Shown in pieces: positions 29,224 to 38,421 of a stretch of 64,000 nucleotides of DNA (position 1 is the stretch's first letter; every line of letters starts with the position of its first letter). The stretch is from an uncultured Bacteroidota bacterium. Its GTDB lineage: Bacteria > CLD3 > SB21. The DNA is taken from NCBI GenBank assembly GCA_964478735.1, contig CAYZJB010000001.1, forward strand, positions 5,296 to 69,295, read 5' to 3'. The position numbers and the translations under genes are program-made. A model generated the notes under the pieces. It had not been told where the DNA came from. It made no database searches and saw only the letters and a program-made list of their open reading frames with translations.

Positions 29224-30699
29224 ATGGAGGCGTCCTCCTCGGACTGGATCCATTCGCTGGTCGGCCTTGTCGGGCTGACGGGTGTCGTCGCGACGGGCGA
29301 AGGCGCACGGAAAATTTTCGGATGGCCCGGTGAAACGACCCGCAAGTTGATCCATATCGGTACGGGCCTCATTGTCTTCCCGGCTCCTCTGTATATTTCA
29401 ACCCATGTTCCATTCGCTGTACTCGGTATTGTATTTGCCATCGTCAATTTTTTTGCCGTCCGATTTTCGTGGCTTCCCGGGATGCACGCCACACGGCGAA
29501 AAACATACGGGACGGTGTATTATCCCCTCGCGATCACCGGCCTCGCGTGGTTGTTCTGGGAAGCCCATCCGGAAATTTTTATGACGTCGGTTCTGGTGTT
29601 GTCCCTGGCGGATCCGCTGGCGGCCTGGGCCGGCGAGTGGTCGAAAACTCCCGTCCGGTTCAACTGGTGCGGTGATCCCAAAACGGTTCAGGGTTCGATC
29701 GCCATGGGCGTCGTAACGGCGGGGATCGTCTTGGCAGGGTCGTTTGTCTTGAGCGGCGGAGGTGGTTTTTCCCTCCAGGCGTTGATGAATGCTGTACTCG
29801 TCGGATGGATTGCTGCGATCGCGGAGGCAATGTCGTCGCGCGGATCGGATAATCTGAGCATTCCGGCCGCCGTATCTGCGTTTTTATTTATTACGCAATC
29901 TGTACCGCCCGATGGGATGACACAAATTCACTCCGGTTTCGTACTCGCCGCCGTCATTGCATGGGCCGCGTACCGGCTTAACGCATTGACGGGGGGCGGC
30001 GCCGTGGCTGCAACGCTGGTTGGAGGTCTCATTTTCGGACTGGGCGGATGGAGTATGGCCCTGCCGCTGTTGACGTTTTTCGTTACGTCAAGCCTTTTGT
30101 CGAAATGGGGTCGACGACGTCAGTCGATAGCAAATGATTGCGTACAGAAAACGGATCGGCGCGATGCGATGCAGGTCATGGCCAACGGCGGTGTGGCGTG
30201 CGTCATTGCCATCCTGGCGTACCTGTCCGACGATCGACGGTGGCTTCCTGTCTTTGCGGCCGCCGTCGCAGCGGCGAATGCCGACACATGGGCGACGGAA
30301 ATCGGCACGCGGTTCGGTCAACAGCCGATCGACATTCTGCGGTGGACGAAAGTGGAAACCGGAATGTCCGGCGGAGTCACGTGGATGGGCTCACTGGCAG
30401 CGGCGGCCGGTGGTTGGATCATTGCGGCGACGGTTTTTGTTACGGCTCCGGATGTGCCGGTAACTTCGATGTTATCGATTACGTGTGCTGCGCTGGCGGC
30501 ATCGTTTGTCGATAGTCTGCTGGGATCGGGACTGCAGGGCCGTTTTGAATGTACCGTATGTCAACAACCGACGGAAAAGACATCACACTGCGGCCGGACA
30601 ACCGTGCATCGAAGAGGCTGGAAATGGCTGAATAACGACGGCGTCAATGCAGTGACCATTGCGGCCGGAACCTGGTTCATGTGGATCGCGGAGTTTTAG
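29224..30699 (+). CDS. polytopic membrane protein: N-terminal phytol/dolichol-kinase-like region fused to a DUF92 (TMEM19-like) domain, with a Cys-rich C-terminal tail
   Basis: TRKLIHIGTG motif; about 12 TM helices; AAVAAANADTWATEIG (DUF92-like) region; tail CTVCQQPTEKTSHC. Confidence 0.5.
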   Translation: MEASSSDWIHSLVGLVGLTGVVATGEGARKIFGWPGETTRKLIHIGTGLIVFPAPLYISTHVPFAVLGIVFAIVNFFAVRFSWLPGMHATRRKTYGTVYYPLAITGLAWLFWEAHPEIFMTSVLVLSLADPLAAWAGEWSKTPVRFNWCGDPKTVQGSIAMGVVTAGIVLAGSFVLSGGGGFSLQALMNAVLVGWIAAIAEAMSSRGSDNLSIPAAVSAFLFITQSVPPDGMTQIHSGFVLAAVIAWAAYRLNALTGGGAVAATLVGGLIFGLGGWSMALPLLTFFVTSSLLSKWGRRRQSIANDCVQKTDRRDAMQVMANGGVACVIAILAYLSDDRRWLPVFAAAVAAANADTWATEIGTRFGQQPIDILRWTKVETGMSGGVTWMGSLAAAAGGWIIAATVFVTAPDVPVTSMLSITCAALAASFVDSLLGSGLQGRFECTVCQQPTEKTSHCGRTTVHRRGWKWLNNDGVNAVTIAAGTWFMWIAEF

Positions 30700-30700
30700 C

Positions 30701-31030
30701 ATGTTCATCGGTCGGGTGGTCGGTACGGTCTGGGCGACGAAAAAAGTCGATAACGTCAAATCGCTTCGTTTTTTGATGGTACATCCCGTCAATATCGATA
30801 AGGCACCAAACACGAACGTCGTCGTCGTTGCGGACACCCTGGGGGCCGGGATCGGCGAACTGGTGATTGTCTCATACGGACACGCCGCTCGACGGGCATT
30901 GACGACGGAACCGAACGAACTTTCTATCGAGGCCGCCGTGATCGGCATCGTCGATGAAATCGAAGTGGATGAAAAGCTGCTCAAGGGGTTGGAGACCCGT
31001 CGGTTACAACGTGACTTTCCCGATCTGTAG
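30701..31030 (+). CDS. EutN/CcmL/PduN-family (BMC vertex pentamer, Pfam PF03319-like) homolog, orphan
   Basis: MFIGRVVGTVWATKK..LRFLMVHPV, VVVVADTLGAGIGELVIVSYGHAARRAL and AAVIGIVDEIEV align position-by-position with CcmL and EutN. Confidence 0.8.
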   Translation: MFIGRVVGTVWATKKVDNVKSLRFLMVHPVNIDKAPNTNVVVVADTLGAGIGELVIVSYGHAARRALTTEPNELSIEAAVIGIVDEIEVDEKLLKGLETRRLQRDFPDL

Positions 31031-31034
31031 TACC

Positions 31035-33383
31035 ATGGTGCGCGTTTTTTTCATGCTGGCACTGTTCATGTCCTTGCCGATGGCGGCTCAGGAACTACCG
31101 GAGCACCGCTTCCGTAAGGTCTACGTGGATTCCATCGGCGTCTTGTTGGATTCGTTGCCTTCCGCTCAGGACACCGTGTTTGTGAGCGGTCGCGAATACC
31201 ACTTTCGGGGCGTCGATGAGAAGGGTGAGCACACCGGTCTTCGGGTATTTGACGACCTGACGCTGAACCTGTCGCTGCAGGTCGGGGAACAGGAAGAGCG
31301 TGAACTATCGGGGCTTCGCAGGGTGTTCAGCGGCATCGGCAATTTTATCGTCCGAATTGTCACATTAACGCTGGTCAATCCCGGATGGGGTTCGGATCGA
31401 TTTTTTTTCGACCGGGAAATTCTGGAAACCGATTTACGACGGATCCGGCAGCTTTACGAAGGCAAGGGATACTACGAAAGCAGAATTGTCCGGTATCGTG
31501 TGAAATTCGATGACGATTATAAAAACGTCGAAGTGACCCTTGACATTTACGAAGGCCGTCCGGTTCGACTCGTGAACGATCCGGAAATTCGAATCCAATC
31601 GGCCGTTCCGATCATCGATCCGAAAAAAGAATTGACGGACGATGCGCTAAAATCCGTGTTGCCGCTTCGCAAAAACGACCCTCTGGCACGCGATCAGATC
31701 GATTATGCGAAATCCCTGCTGGCGGCACGCCTCAGCCAGAACGGATATCCATCGGCCGATGTCCAGGAAAATATCGACACGACGGGGCTCGGACCCAGAG
31801 AAGCGGTGCTGATGTTCACCGTCATTCCGGGGCGATTTACCGTTTTTGGAGACACCCGGGTTCAAGGTAATTTCTACAAGGCCGACACAACGACCAAAAT
31901 CGTCGATGACGATGTCATCCTGAAGAAAGTTCGTTATAAACCGAACCGGCCGTACGATCCGAACCAGTTATCCCTCAGCATCGGCCAGATCAATGGACTC
32001 GGTGTTTTTCGGACGGTTAAGCCGACCCTCGTACGCCATAAGGGCTCCGTGGATTCTCTGCGTCTGCTTCCGGATTTCGTTCTCGATTCCATTCGATCCG
32101 GATCGGGGAACCGGCTGCATCTCAAACGCGCGGATTACCGGAAATACGGCGTACCCGTAGATACCATTGACGTCGTCATTGCCGTGGCGGAAAAAAAGGA
32201 ACGTTCGATCAAGCCGGGATTGGGTTTTACGAACGACTTTGTCGATTTACCGGAGGACAATAACGCCGTCATTCCCTTTACACGATTCCTCATTTCCTGG
32301 CAAAGCAAAAATTTCCTCGGCGGAGCAAGGAAACTTCAGGTCTCCGGTGAGGTCAGCAAGGGATTCGAGCAAACGGGGCCTTTTTTTGCAAATTACATGC
32401 TGGCCAAAGTAACTTTTCGTCAGCCGTCGTTTCAACTTCCGTTTACGAAAGACGTTAACAACGACTTGGTCACGTCGATCTCGTTTGAACGCAACAGCAC
32501 TCGCGCCTTTGACCTTCGGAAACTGGAAGTCTCCCCGACGTTTTTCCGTCAAATCAGCCAGTCGCTCAGCATGACGCTGACTCCGTTGTCGTTTAGCCGG
32601 GCGACGGAAGTGATTCGTGATGAACCGGATAATAAATTTTTTACCACGAATCAAATGCTCGGGTTCACGTACAACACGAGCAACGATTTTTTCAATCCGA
32701 CGTCGGGCTTTCTCATATACACCAACGGCGATGCGGCCGGTTTCACCCTGCCGAGCGACCGTAAATATTTTAAGTGGACGGTCGATGTCCGACGGTACAT
32801 CGGACTTTCTTCCCGCCTGACGCTGGCGTCGCGGTTTCACGTCGCGTCGGCCATCCCGTACTACGTGGACGGCGTTCGCGCGCAGATTCCCGCAAGCGAG
32901 CAGTTTTACGGCGGCGGGCCGAACAGCATCCGCGGATGGGGAATCCGCGAACTGGCCGTCGTACATGAAACGGCGGACGGACTGGCGTTTTTCGGCGGCA
33001 ATAGTTTGCTCGAGACCGGAATCGAATGTCGATACAACCTCTACATTTCACGAGACCCGAAAGAAGCGATCGGTGGAATGGATCTCGCCGGATTCGTCGA
33101 TGTCGGTAACGTATGGACGGAACATAATTTCAAGAACTTCAAAGACGCCAATGGCAATCGTCTTCCGGCGCAACCGGTAGCGGCCGTCGGCGTCGGCATG
33201 CGAATTCGCACCCTGATCGGACCGGTACGAATCGATTTTGGTTATAAGCTGAAAGATCCGAAAGATTTCAAAGTACTGGATACCTCCACCGATGCACGCG
33301 GCATTGTCGTGCCGATCAGTGCAACACAGGCAAAAAAAATCAACCGGCTTGCCTTCCAGATCACGCTGGGACAGGCCTACTGA
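31035..33383 (+). CDS. BamA/TamA-family Omp85 outer membrane protein (POTRA domains plus 16-strand barrel)
   Basis: Signal peptide MVRVFFMLALFMSLPMAAQE; POTRA-like repeats; FYGGGPNSIRGWG (loop-6 RG motif); GFVDVGNVW; C-terminal aromatic residue. Confidence 0.8.
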   Translation: MVRVFFMLALFMSLPMAAQELPEHRFRKVYVDSIGVLLDSLPSAQDTVFVSGREYHFRGVDEKGEHTGLRVFDDLTLNLSLQVGEQEERELSGLRRVFSGIGNFIVRIVTLTLVNPGWGSDRFFFDREILETDLRRIRQLYEGKGYYESRIVRYRVKFDDDYKNVEVTLDIYEGRPVRLVNDPEIRIQSAVPIIDPKKELTDDALKSVLPLRKNDPLARDQIDYAKSLLAARLSQNGYPSADVQENIDTTGLGPREAVLMFTVIPGRFTVFGDTRVQGNFYKADTTTKIVDDDVILKKVRYKPNRPYDPNQLSLSIGQINGLGVFRTVKPTLVRHKGSVDSLRLLPDFVLDSIRSGSGNRLHLKRADYRKYGVPVDTIDVVIAVAEKKERSIKPGLGFTNDFVDLPEDNNAVIPFTRFLISWQSKNFLGGARKLQVSGEVSKGFEQTGPFFANYMLAKVTFRQPSFQLPFTKDVNNDLVTSISFERNSTRAFDLRKLEVSPTFFRQISQSLSMTLTPLSFSRATEVIRDEPDNKFFTTNQMLGFTYNTSNDFFNPTSGFLIYTNGDAAGFTLPSDRKYFKWTVDVRRYIGLSSRLTLASRFHVASAIPYYVDGVRAQIPASEQFYGGGPNSIRGWGIRELAVVHETADGLAFFGGNSLLETGIECRYNLYISRDPKEAIGGMDLAGFVDVGNVWTEHNFKNFKDANGNRLPAQPVAAVGVGMRIRTLIGPVRIDFGYKLKDPKDFKVLDTSTDARGIVVPISATQAKKINRLAFQITLGQAY

Positions 33384-33748
33384 TGCGGCCATCGGCAAAA
33401 TATGGGTGGCCACCTTTGGCCTGGGCCGGCCTCATTTTTGTCGCGTCATCCATTCCAGGGAATGAATTGCCGTCCGATTCGCCGGACAAAATCATTCATA
33501 TGGCTGTCTTCGCGGTTCTTGCATACCTGGCCGTTCGTTTTTTCCTTCATACGGGCCATCGTTCATTTGTCCGGGCGCTTGCCTGGGGCCTGTCGTTGTC
33601 GCTGATGTATGCCGCGACGGATGAGTGGCATCAATGGATAGTTCCCAATCGATCGTGTGAATGGGGGGATTTTTTTGCCGACGCCGCAGGTATCGCCGCG
33701 GTCGGTATCTTTTATTATGTGAAGCGGATAAAGCATGTCGCTGTTTGA
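33383..33748 (+). CDS. VanZ family membrane protein
   Basis: DEWHQWIVPNRSCEWGDFFADAAG motif; 4 TM helices. Confidence 0.75.
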   Translation: MRPSAKYGWPPLAWAGLIFVASSIPGNELPSDSPDKIIHMAVFAVLAYLAVRFFLHTGHRSFVRALAWGLSLSLMYAATDEWHQWIVPNRSCEWGDFFADAAGIAAVGIFYYVKRIKHVAV

Positions 33749-34655
33749 AAAACTCAAAGAGCGCCTGGTCAAGACGCGCGCGCAGCTGTTCGGCCGGATT
33801 TCCGATTTGCTTCGCGGTACGACGTCCGTGGACCGCGCCGTGATTCAGCGAATCGAGGAAATCCTGTTGTCCGCCGACATCGGAGTGACGACGACCGGTC
33901 AGATCATTCGGGAACTCGAGCAGCGCGTCAAAAAGGAAAAAATCACCGATCCGGCCCGACTCAACGGTGTTTTGGAAGAAATCGTCGAACAGCGGCTCGT
34001 GGCAATCGACGCCGTCAATCTTGAAGATCGTGTATCGACCGCCCGGCCGTTCGTCATCCTGGTCGTCGGCGTCAACGGTACGGGAAAAACGACGACAATC
34101 GGTAAGCTCGCTCACCGGTTTGCCCGATCGGGGCGGCGCGTGCTGTTGGCGGCGGCGGACACGTTTCGCGCGGCCGCGGCGAGTCAGCTGGAAATCTGGG
34201 CGCAGCGGTCGGAGGTGGGCATCGTGCGGCAAACGGAAGGCGCCGATCCGGCCGCCGTCGTATTTGACGCCCTCGAGTCAGCGAAATCGAAAAACATTGA
34301 CGTCGTGTTGATCGACACGGCCGGCCGGCTTCATACGAAAACCAATCTCATGGAAGAATTGAAAAAAATCCGACGCGTCGTCGAAAAGCTGGTCCCCGGC
34401 GCTCCCCATGCGACGCTGCTTGTTTTAGACGCGGGTACAGGGCAAAACGCAATCCAGCAGGCGAGGGAGTTTTCGAATACCGTCGGCGTGACAGGCCTTG
34501 TGCTGACCAAACTCGACGGAACGGCCAAAGGCGGCGTCGTCATCGCCATTCAAAACGAATTGAAAATTCCCGTCGCGTATATCGGCGTCGGAGAAAAGGT
34601 CGAGGACTTGGAGCCTTTCCGGGTACACGACTTCGTCGGCGCCATTCTGGAGTAA
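33735..34655 (+). CDS. ftsY: signal recognition particle receptor FtsY (NG domain)
   Basis: GVNGTGKTTTIGKLA and DTAGRLH motifs. Confidence 0.9.
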   Translation: MSLFEKLKERLVKTRAQLFGRISDLLRGTTSVDRAVIQRIEEILLSADIGVTTTGQIIRELEQRVKKEKITDPARLNGVLEEIVEQRLVAIDAVNLEDRVSTARPFVILVVGVNGTGKTTTIGKLAHRFARSGRRVLLAAADTFRAAAASQLEIWAQRSEVGIVRQTEGADPAAVVFDALESAKSKNIDVVLIDTAGRLHTKTNLMEELKKIRRVVEKLVPGAPHATLLVLDAGTGQNAIQQAREFSNTVGVTGLVLTKLDGTAKGGVVIAIQNELKIPVAYIGVGEKVEDLEPFRVHDFVGAILE

Positions 34656-34657
34656 AC

Positions 34658-36811
34658 GTGAGCAAAATTTTTTTCGCCATCGGAATTCACAATCATCAGC
34701 CAATCGGGAATTTTGAATTCGTCTTCGATGAGGCCTACCGGAAGGCATACCGGCCATTTGTTGAGCATCTGAAAGACCACACGAATATCCGCGTCGGACT
34801 GCACTACTCCGGTATCTTGCTCGAATGGCTCGATGCCGCGTATCCGGAATTTCTGGACGACGTGAATGAGCTCGTTCAAAAAGGTCAGGTCGAATTGATC
34901 GGCGGTGCCTACTACGAGCCCATTCTCACCATGATTCCACCGCAGGACATCCTGGGTCAGATCGACAAATTGAAATCGTACCTGCAGGACCGATTCAACG
35001 TACGGCCGCGAGGCGCCTGGACGGCGGAACGGGTGTGGGAACCGCATTTGCCGGCCGTCCTGCACGACGCCGGTATCGAGTACACCATTCTGGACGACGT
35101 GCATTTCCGCTATGCCGGTTTAAAACAGTCCGAACTCAACGGGTATTACCGGACCGAAGAAGACGGCAGGCCGGTCAATTTATTTCCTATCCACAAAGAA
35201 CTGCGTTATCTCATACCGTTTCAAAAACCTCAAAAAACGATCGATTACCTTTTGCGGCTGGGTGAGGAAGACCGTGATGTTCTTGCCGTCTTTGCCGACG
35301 ACGGTGAGAAATTCGGAATCTGGCCCAAAACGTACGATCATGTGTATACGGACGGATGGTTGGCAGAATTTTTTTCGTTACTCGGTAAACGTTCCGATTC
35401 GATCGAACTCATCCATTTTTCCGAGGCGATCGACCGTTTTCGTCCACGAGGTCTTGTCTATCTCCCGACGGCCAGCTATACGGAAATGGGACACTGGGCC
35501 CTTCCGGCCGATGACTATGCGCGGTATGAACAATTGACCCGATCGATCACAGACAGCGGCGACCGGGCACTGATCAAGGGCGGGTTCTGGCGTAATTTTT
35601 TCGTGAAGTACCCGGAAGCGAACCACATGCATAAGCGGATGCTCCGACTCAGCCGGCGTATCGCGAGGCTGGGCGTAGAGGACCGACCGAAAGAGCAACG
35701 CGACATGATCCGCGAGGCCGAAAATCATTTATGGGCCGGCCAGTGCAACTGTCCGTACTGGCACGGGGTGTTTGGTGGTTTGTATTTGAACAACCTTCGT
35801 TACCGGATTTACAAAGAACTCTTGCTGGCTGAAAAAATGGCCGACGTCGTCGAATTCGGTGGTCGCCAAGACGCCTGCCGGATCGAGGAAATCGATTTTG
35901 ATTACGACGGACAATCGGAGATACTCGTTGAAACTGCACGCACCAATGTGTATTTTGACCGGCATGGACACGTACTCGAACTCGATTACAAAGACGTCCC
36001 GATGAACGTGACGGACGTTTTGACACGGCGTCGCGAGGGGTACCATCAACAACTGATTGAACAGCGGGAATCGAAAGAACAAAAAGATTCCGAAGAGATC
36101 GAAAGCATTCACGATCGCATCACCAGTAAGGAAAAAGGACTCGAGTCGCGCCTGCATTATGACCGGCGCCGCCGGGTGAGTTACCGGGAACTCTGGTTTG
36201 ACCGTGACATCGACCTGGAGGAAATGGCGAACGGCCAGGCCGAGAGCGACACGGCCATCGATTCGGTGTTTACCAACCACTCGACGTCACGATCGATCGA
36301 CGTTGCATGGACAAGCCGGTTGACCGCAGACGGTCACGAAATTCAGTGTGAAAAACGTTTTTTACTGATGCCCGATGGCGAACTCCAATTGCGCTGTGCG
36401 GTGACCAACCGCGGTACGAGAACTGCGTCGGGTCGTCTGGGTCTTGAGATGAATTTTACTCTGCTGGCCGGTGCAGCCGACGACCGCTATTACGTGATTG
36501 ACGGAATGAAACCGCCGGAGCCGCAGTTAAACAGTTATGGTGAGAGCGAGCATTCCACAAACGTGGCCTTGATTGATGAGTGGCAACGTTTACAAATTGG
36601 ATTACGGTTCGACAGTCCGGCGACGGTGTGGCGCTATCCCGTCGAAACGATCTCACTTTCGGAAGAGGGCTTTGAACGGGTTTATCAGGGGTCGTGCCTG
36701 CTGCCTTTTTGGACGTTGGCACTGAAACCTGGCGAGACATGGCACGTTGAAATAAAAACGCTTATGACAAGAAGCATTTCCTATACGACGGGAGGTCAAC
36801 ATGAAACCTAG
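34658..36811 (+). CDS. glycoside hydrolase family 57 protein (alpha-amylase/4-alpha-glucanotransferase-like) with C-terminal extension
   Basis: IHNHQP and GGAYYEPIL motifs; 717 aa. Confidence 0.75.
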   Translation: MSKIFFAIGIHNHQPIGNFEFVFDEAYRKAYRPFVEHLKDHTNIRVGLHYSGILLEWLDAAYPEFLDDVNELVQKGQVELIGGAYYEPILTMIPPQDILGQIDKLKSYLQDRFNVRPRGAWTAERVWEPHLPAVLHDAGIEYTILDDVHFRYAGLKQSELNGYYRTEEDGRPVNLFPIHKELRYLIPFQKPQKTIDYLLRLGEEDRDVLAVFADDGEKFGIWPKTYDHVYTDGWLAEFFSLLGKRSDSIELIHFSEAIDRFRPRGLVYLPTASYTEMGHWALPADDYARYEQLTRSITDSGDRALIKGGFWRNFFVKYPEANHMHKRMLRLSRRIARLGVEDRPKEQRDMIREAENHLWAGQCNCPYWHGVFGGLYLNNLRYRIYKELLLAEKMADVVEFGGRQDACRIEEIDFDYDGQSEILVETARTNVYFDRHGHVLELDYKDVPMNVTDVLTRRREGYHQQLIEQRESKEQKDSEEIESIHDRITSKEKGLESRLHYDRRRRVSYRELWFDRDIDLEEMANGQAESDTAIDSVFTNHSTSRSIDVAWTSRLTADGHEIQCEKRFLLMPDGELQLRCAVTNRGTRTASGRLGLEMNFTLLAGAADDRYYVIDGMKPPEPQLNSYGESEHSTNVALIDEWQRLQIGLRFDSPATVWRYPVETISLSEEGFERVYQGSCLLPFWTLALKPGETWHVEIKTLMTRSISYTTGGQHET

Positions 36812-38369
36812 GTATGTATTGCCGCTGATGTTTGTTGCGGTCATTATCGTTCTTGTGACAGGATTTGCCGATACGGCGCAGAACGCGTACAAGAACATCA
36901 TCAAACTTCAGCGGGTCCTGGATCTGGTCCAGAATACCTATGTTGAAGAGGTGGACGGCGAAAAGCTCGTCGATGATGCCATCGTCGGTGCGTTAAAAGG
37001 ACTCGACCCTCATTCCGTCTACATCCCGCCCAAGGAGGCCCGTCAGGTCAAAGAAGAATTTCAGGGTAACTACGAGGGTATTGGAATACAATTCGAAGTT
37101 GTGGCGGGTACATTGATCGTCGTCACACCCATTCCCGGGTCTCCGTCCGATCGTCTGGGTCTTTTGGCCGGCGACCGGATCGTCAAGATCAACGGCGAAT
37201 CAACCAAAGGCATTACGACGGAGGAAGTCCCGAAAAAACTCAAAGGTCCTCGCGGCACTACCGTCCACGTTTCCATCCAGCGGCAAGGCCTGGAGGAATT
37301 GCTGGAGTTCGATATCGTGAGGGACAAAATCCCGGTGTACTCGGTCGATGCGAAATTTATGCTTGACGACAAAACGGGTTACATTCATTTCGTGCGGTTC
37401 GCTGAAACAACGTCCGATGAAGTGGAACAGGCGATCATCGAATTGGCGGCGCAGGGCATGCAGCAATTGGTTCTCGACCTGCGCTTCAATGGAGGCGGTT
37501 ATCTCGAACAAGCTCACGAAATCGTCGATAAATTTCTCCCCGGCGGGAAAAAAATCGTCTTTACCAAGGGACGCATTCCGGGTTCGACGCGTGATTATTT
37601 TTCGTCGAATAAAAAATCGTATCGCGATTTTCCGCTGATCGTGCTGGTCAACCGGCACTCGGCCTCGGCGTCGGAAATCGTCGCGGGGGCGGTGCAGGAC
37701 CTAGATCGCGGTCTGGTCGTCGGCGAACGGACGTTCGGAAAGGGCCTCGTCCAGTCCCAGTTCGATCTCAACGACGGATCGGCCGTACGGGTGACGACGG
37801 GACGTTACTATACGCCGAGCGGACGATTGATCCAGCGTGCCTACGATGGGAAATCACTGGATGATTATTATTCGGAAGTTCGAAACATTGAGGAACTGAA
37901 AACGGATTCGTCGTTGGTGTTTTACACGAGCCAGAAACGCGTCGTTTACGGCGGAGGCGGAATCGTGCCGGACTATTTTCTTCAGTACGATACCATCACG
38001 CCATACTATTCACGTTTGCTGAGCCGGGGTATTCTCAAAGAATATTCCAACAAGATGCTCGATGCACACGGAACCCGGTTGCGAGATCAATACAAGTCCA
38101 ACTTTCGTGCGTTCTTGAGCCAGTACAAAATTCCGCAAGAATGGATGGATGATGTAATCGCTCTCGGAGGCTCCAAAGGGGTTGAAAAAGACGAGGCAGC
38201 GCTGGCCGTCGACGGCGAAGACATTGCCAATAATTTGAAAGCCGAACTGGCCCGTTATATCTGGGGCAATAACGAAGCCGCCCACGTGCGTATTCTCACG
38301 GACCGCATGGTAAGAGAAACGGTACCGTACTTCAAAGAAGCCACTAAATTTGCGTCGAGTTTTAAGTAA
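36801..38369 (+). CDS. ctp: S41 family C-terminal processing peptidase (tail-specific protease) with PDZ domain
   Basis: PDZ region GIGIQFEVVAGTLIVVTPIPGSPSDRLGLLAGDRIVKING; NRHSASASE (catalytic Ser); GERTFGKG (catalytic Lys). Confidence 0.88.
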   Translation: MKPRYVLPLMFVAVIIVLVTGFADTAQNAYKNIIKLQRVLDLVQNTYVEEVDGEKLVDDAIVGALKGLDPHSVYIPPKEARQVKEEFQGNYEGIGIQFEVVAGTLIVVTPIPGSPSDRLGLLAGDRIVKINGESTKGITTEEVPKKLKGPRGTTVHVSIQRQGLEELLEFDIVRDKIPVYSVDAKFMLDDKTGYIHFVRFAETTSDEVEQAIIELAAQGMQQLVLDLRFNGGGYLEQAHEIVDKFLPGGKKIVFTKGRIPGSTRDYFSSNKKSYRDFPLIVLVNRHSASASEIVAGAVQDLDRGLVVGERTFGKGLVQSQFDLNDGSAVRVTTGRYYTPSGRLIQRAYDGKSLDDYYSEVRNIEELKTDSSLVFYTSQKRVVYGGGGIVPDYFLQYDTITPYYSRLLSRGILKEYSNKMLDAHGTRLRDQYKSNFRAFLSQYKIPQEWMDDVIALGGSKGVEKDEAALAVDGEDIANNLKAELARYIWGNNEAAHVRILTDRMVRETVPYFKEATKFASSFK

Positions 38370-38388
38370 GGACGATCGGAAAAAACGA

Positions 38389-38420
38389 AAAGCGGCGAAA
38401 TCTCGCCGCTTTTTCTTTTT
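38389..38420 (+). terminator. rho-independent terminator of ctp
   Basis: Stem AGCGGCGA / TCGCCGCT, loop AATC, then TTTTCTTTTT. Confidence 0.75.
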
Positions 38421-38421
38421 G

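Noticed and set aside
30701-31030. Whether the EutN-like ORF is just an N-terminal extension of the BamA-like gene
   Set aside because: It ends with a TAG stop 4 bp before the BamA-like ATG, and BamA has its own signal peptide. The two are separate genes.
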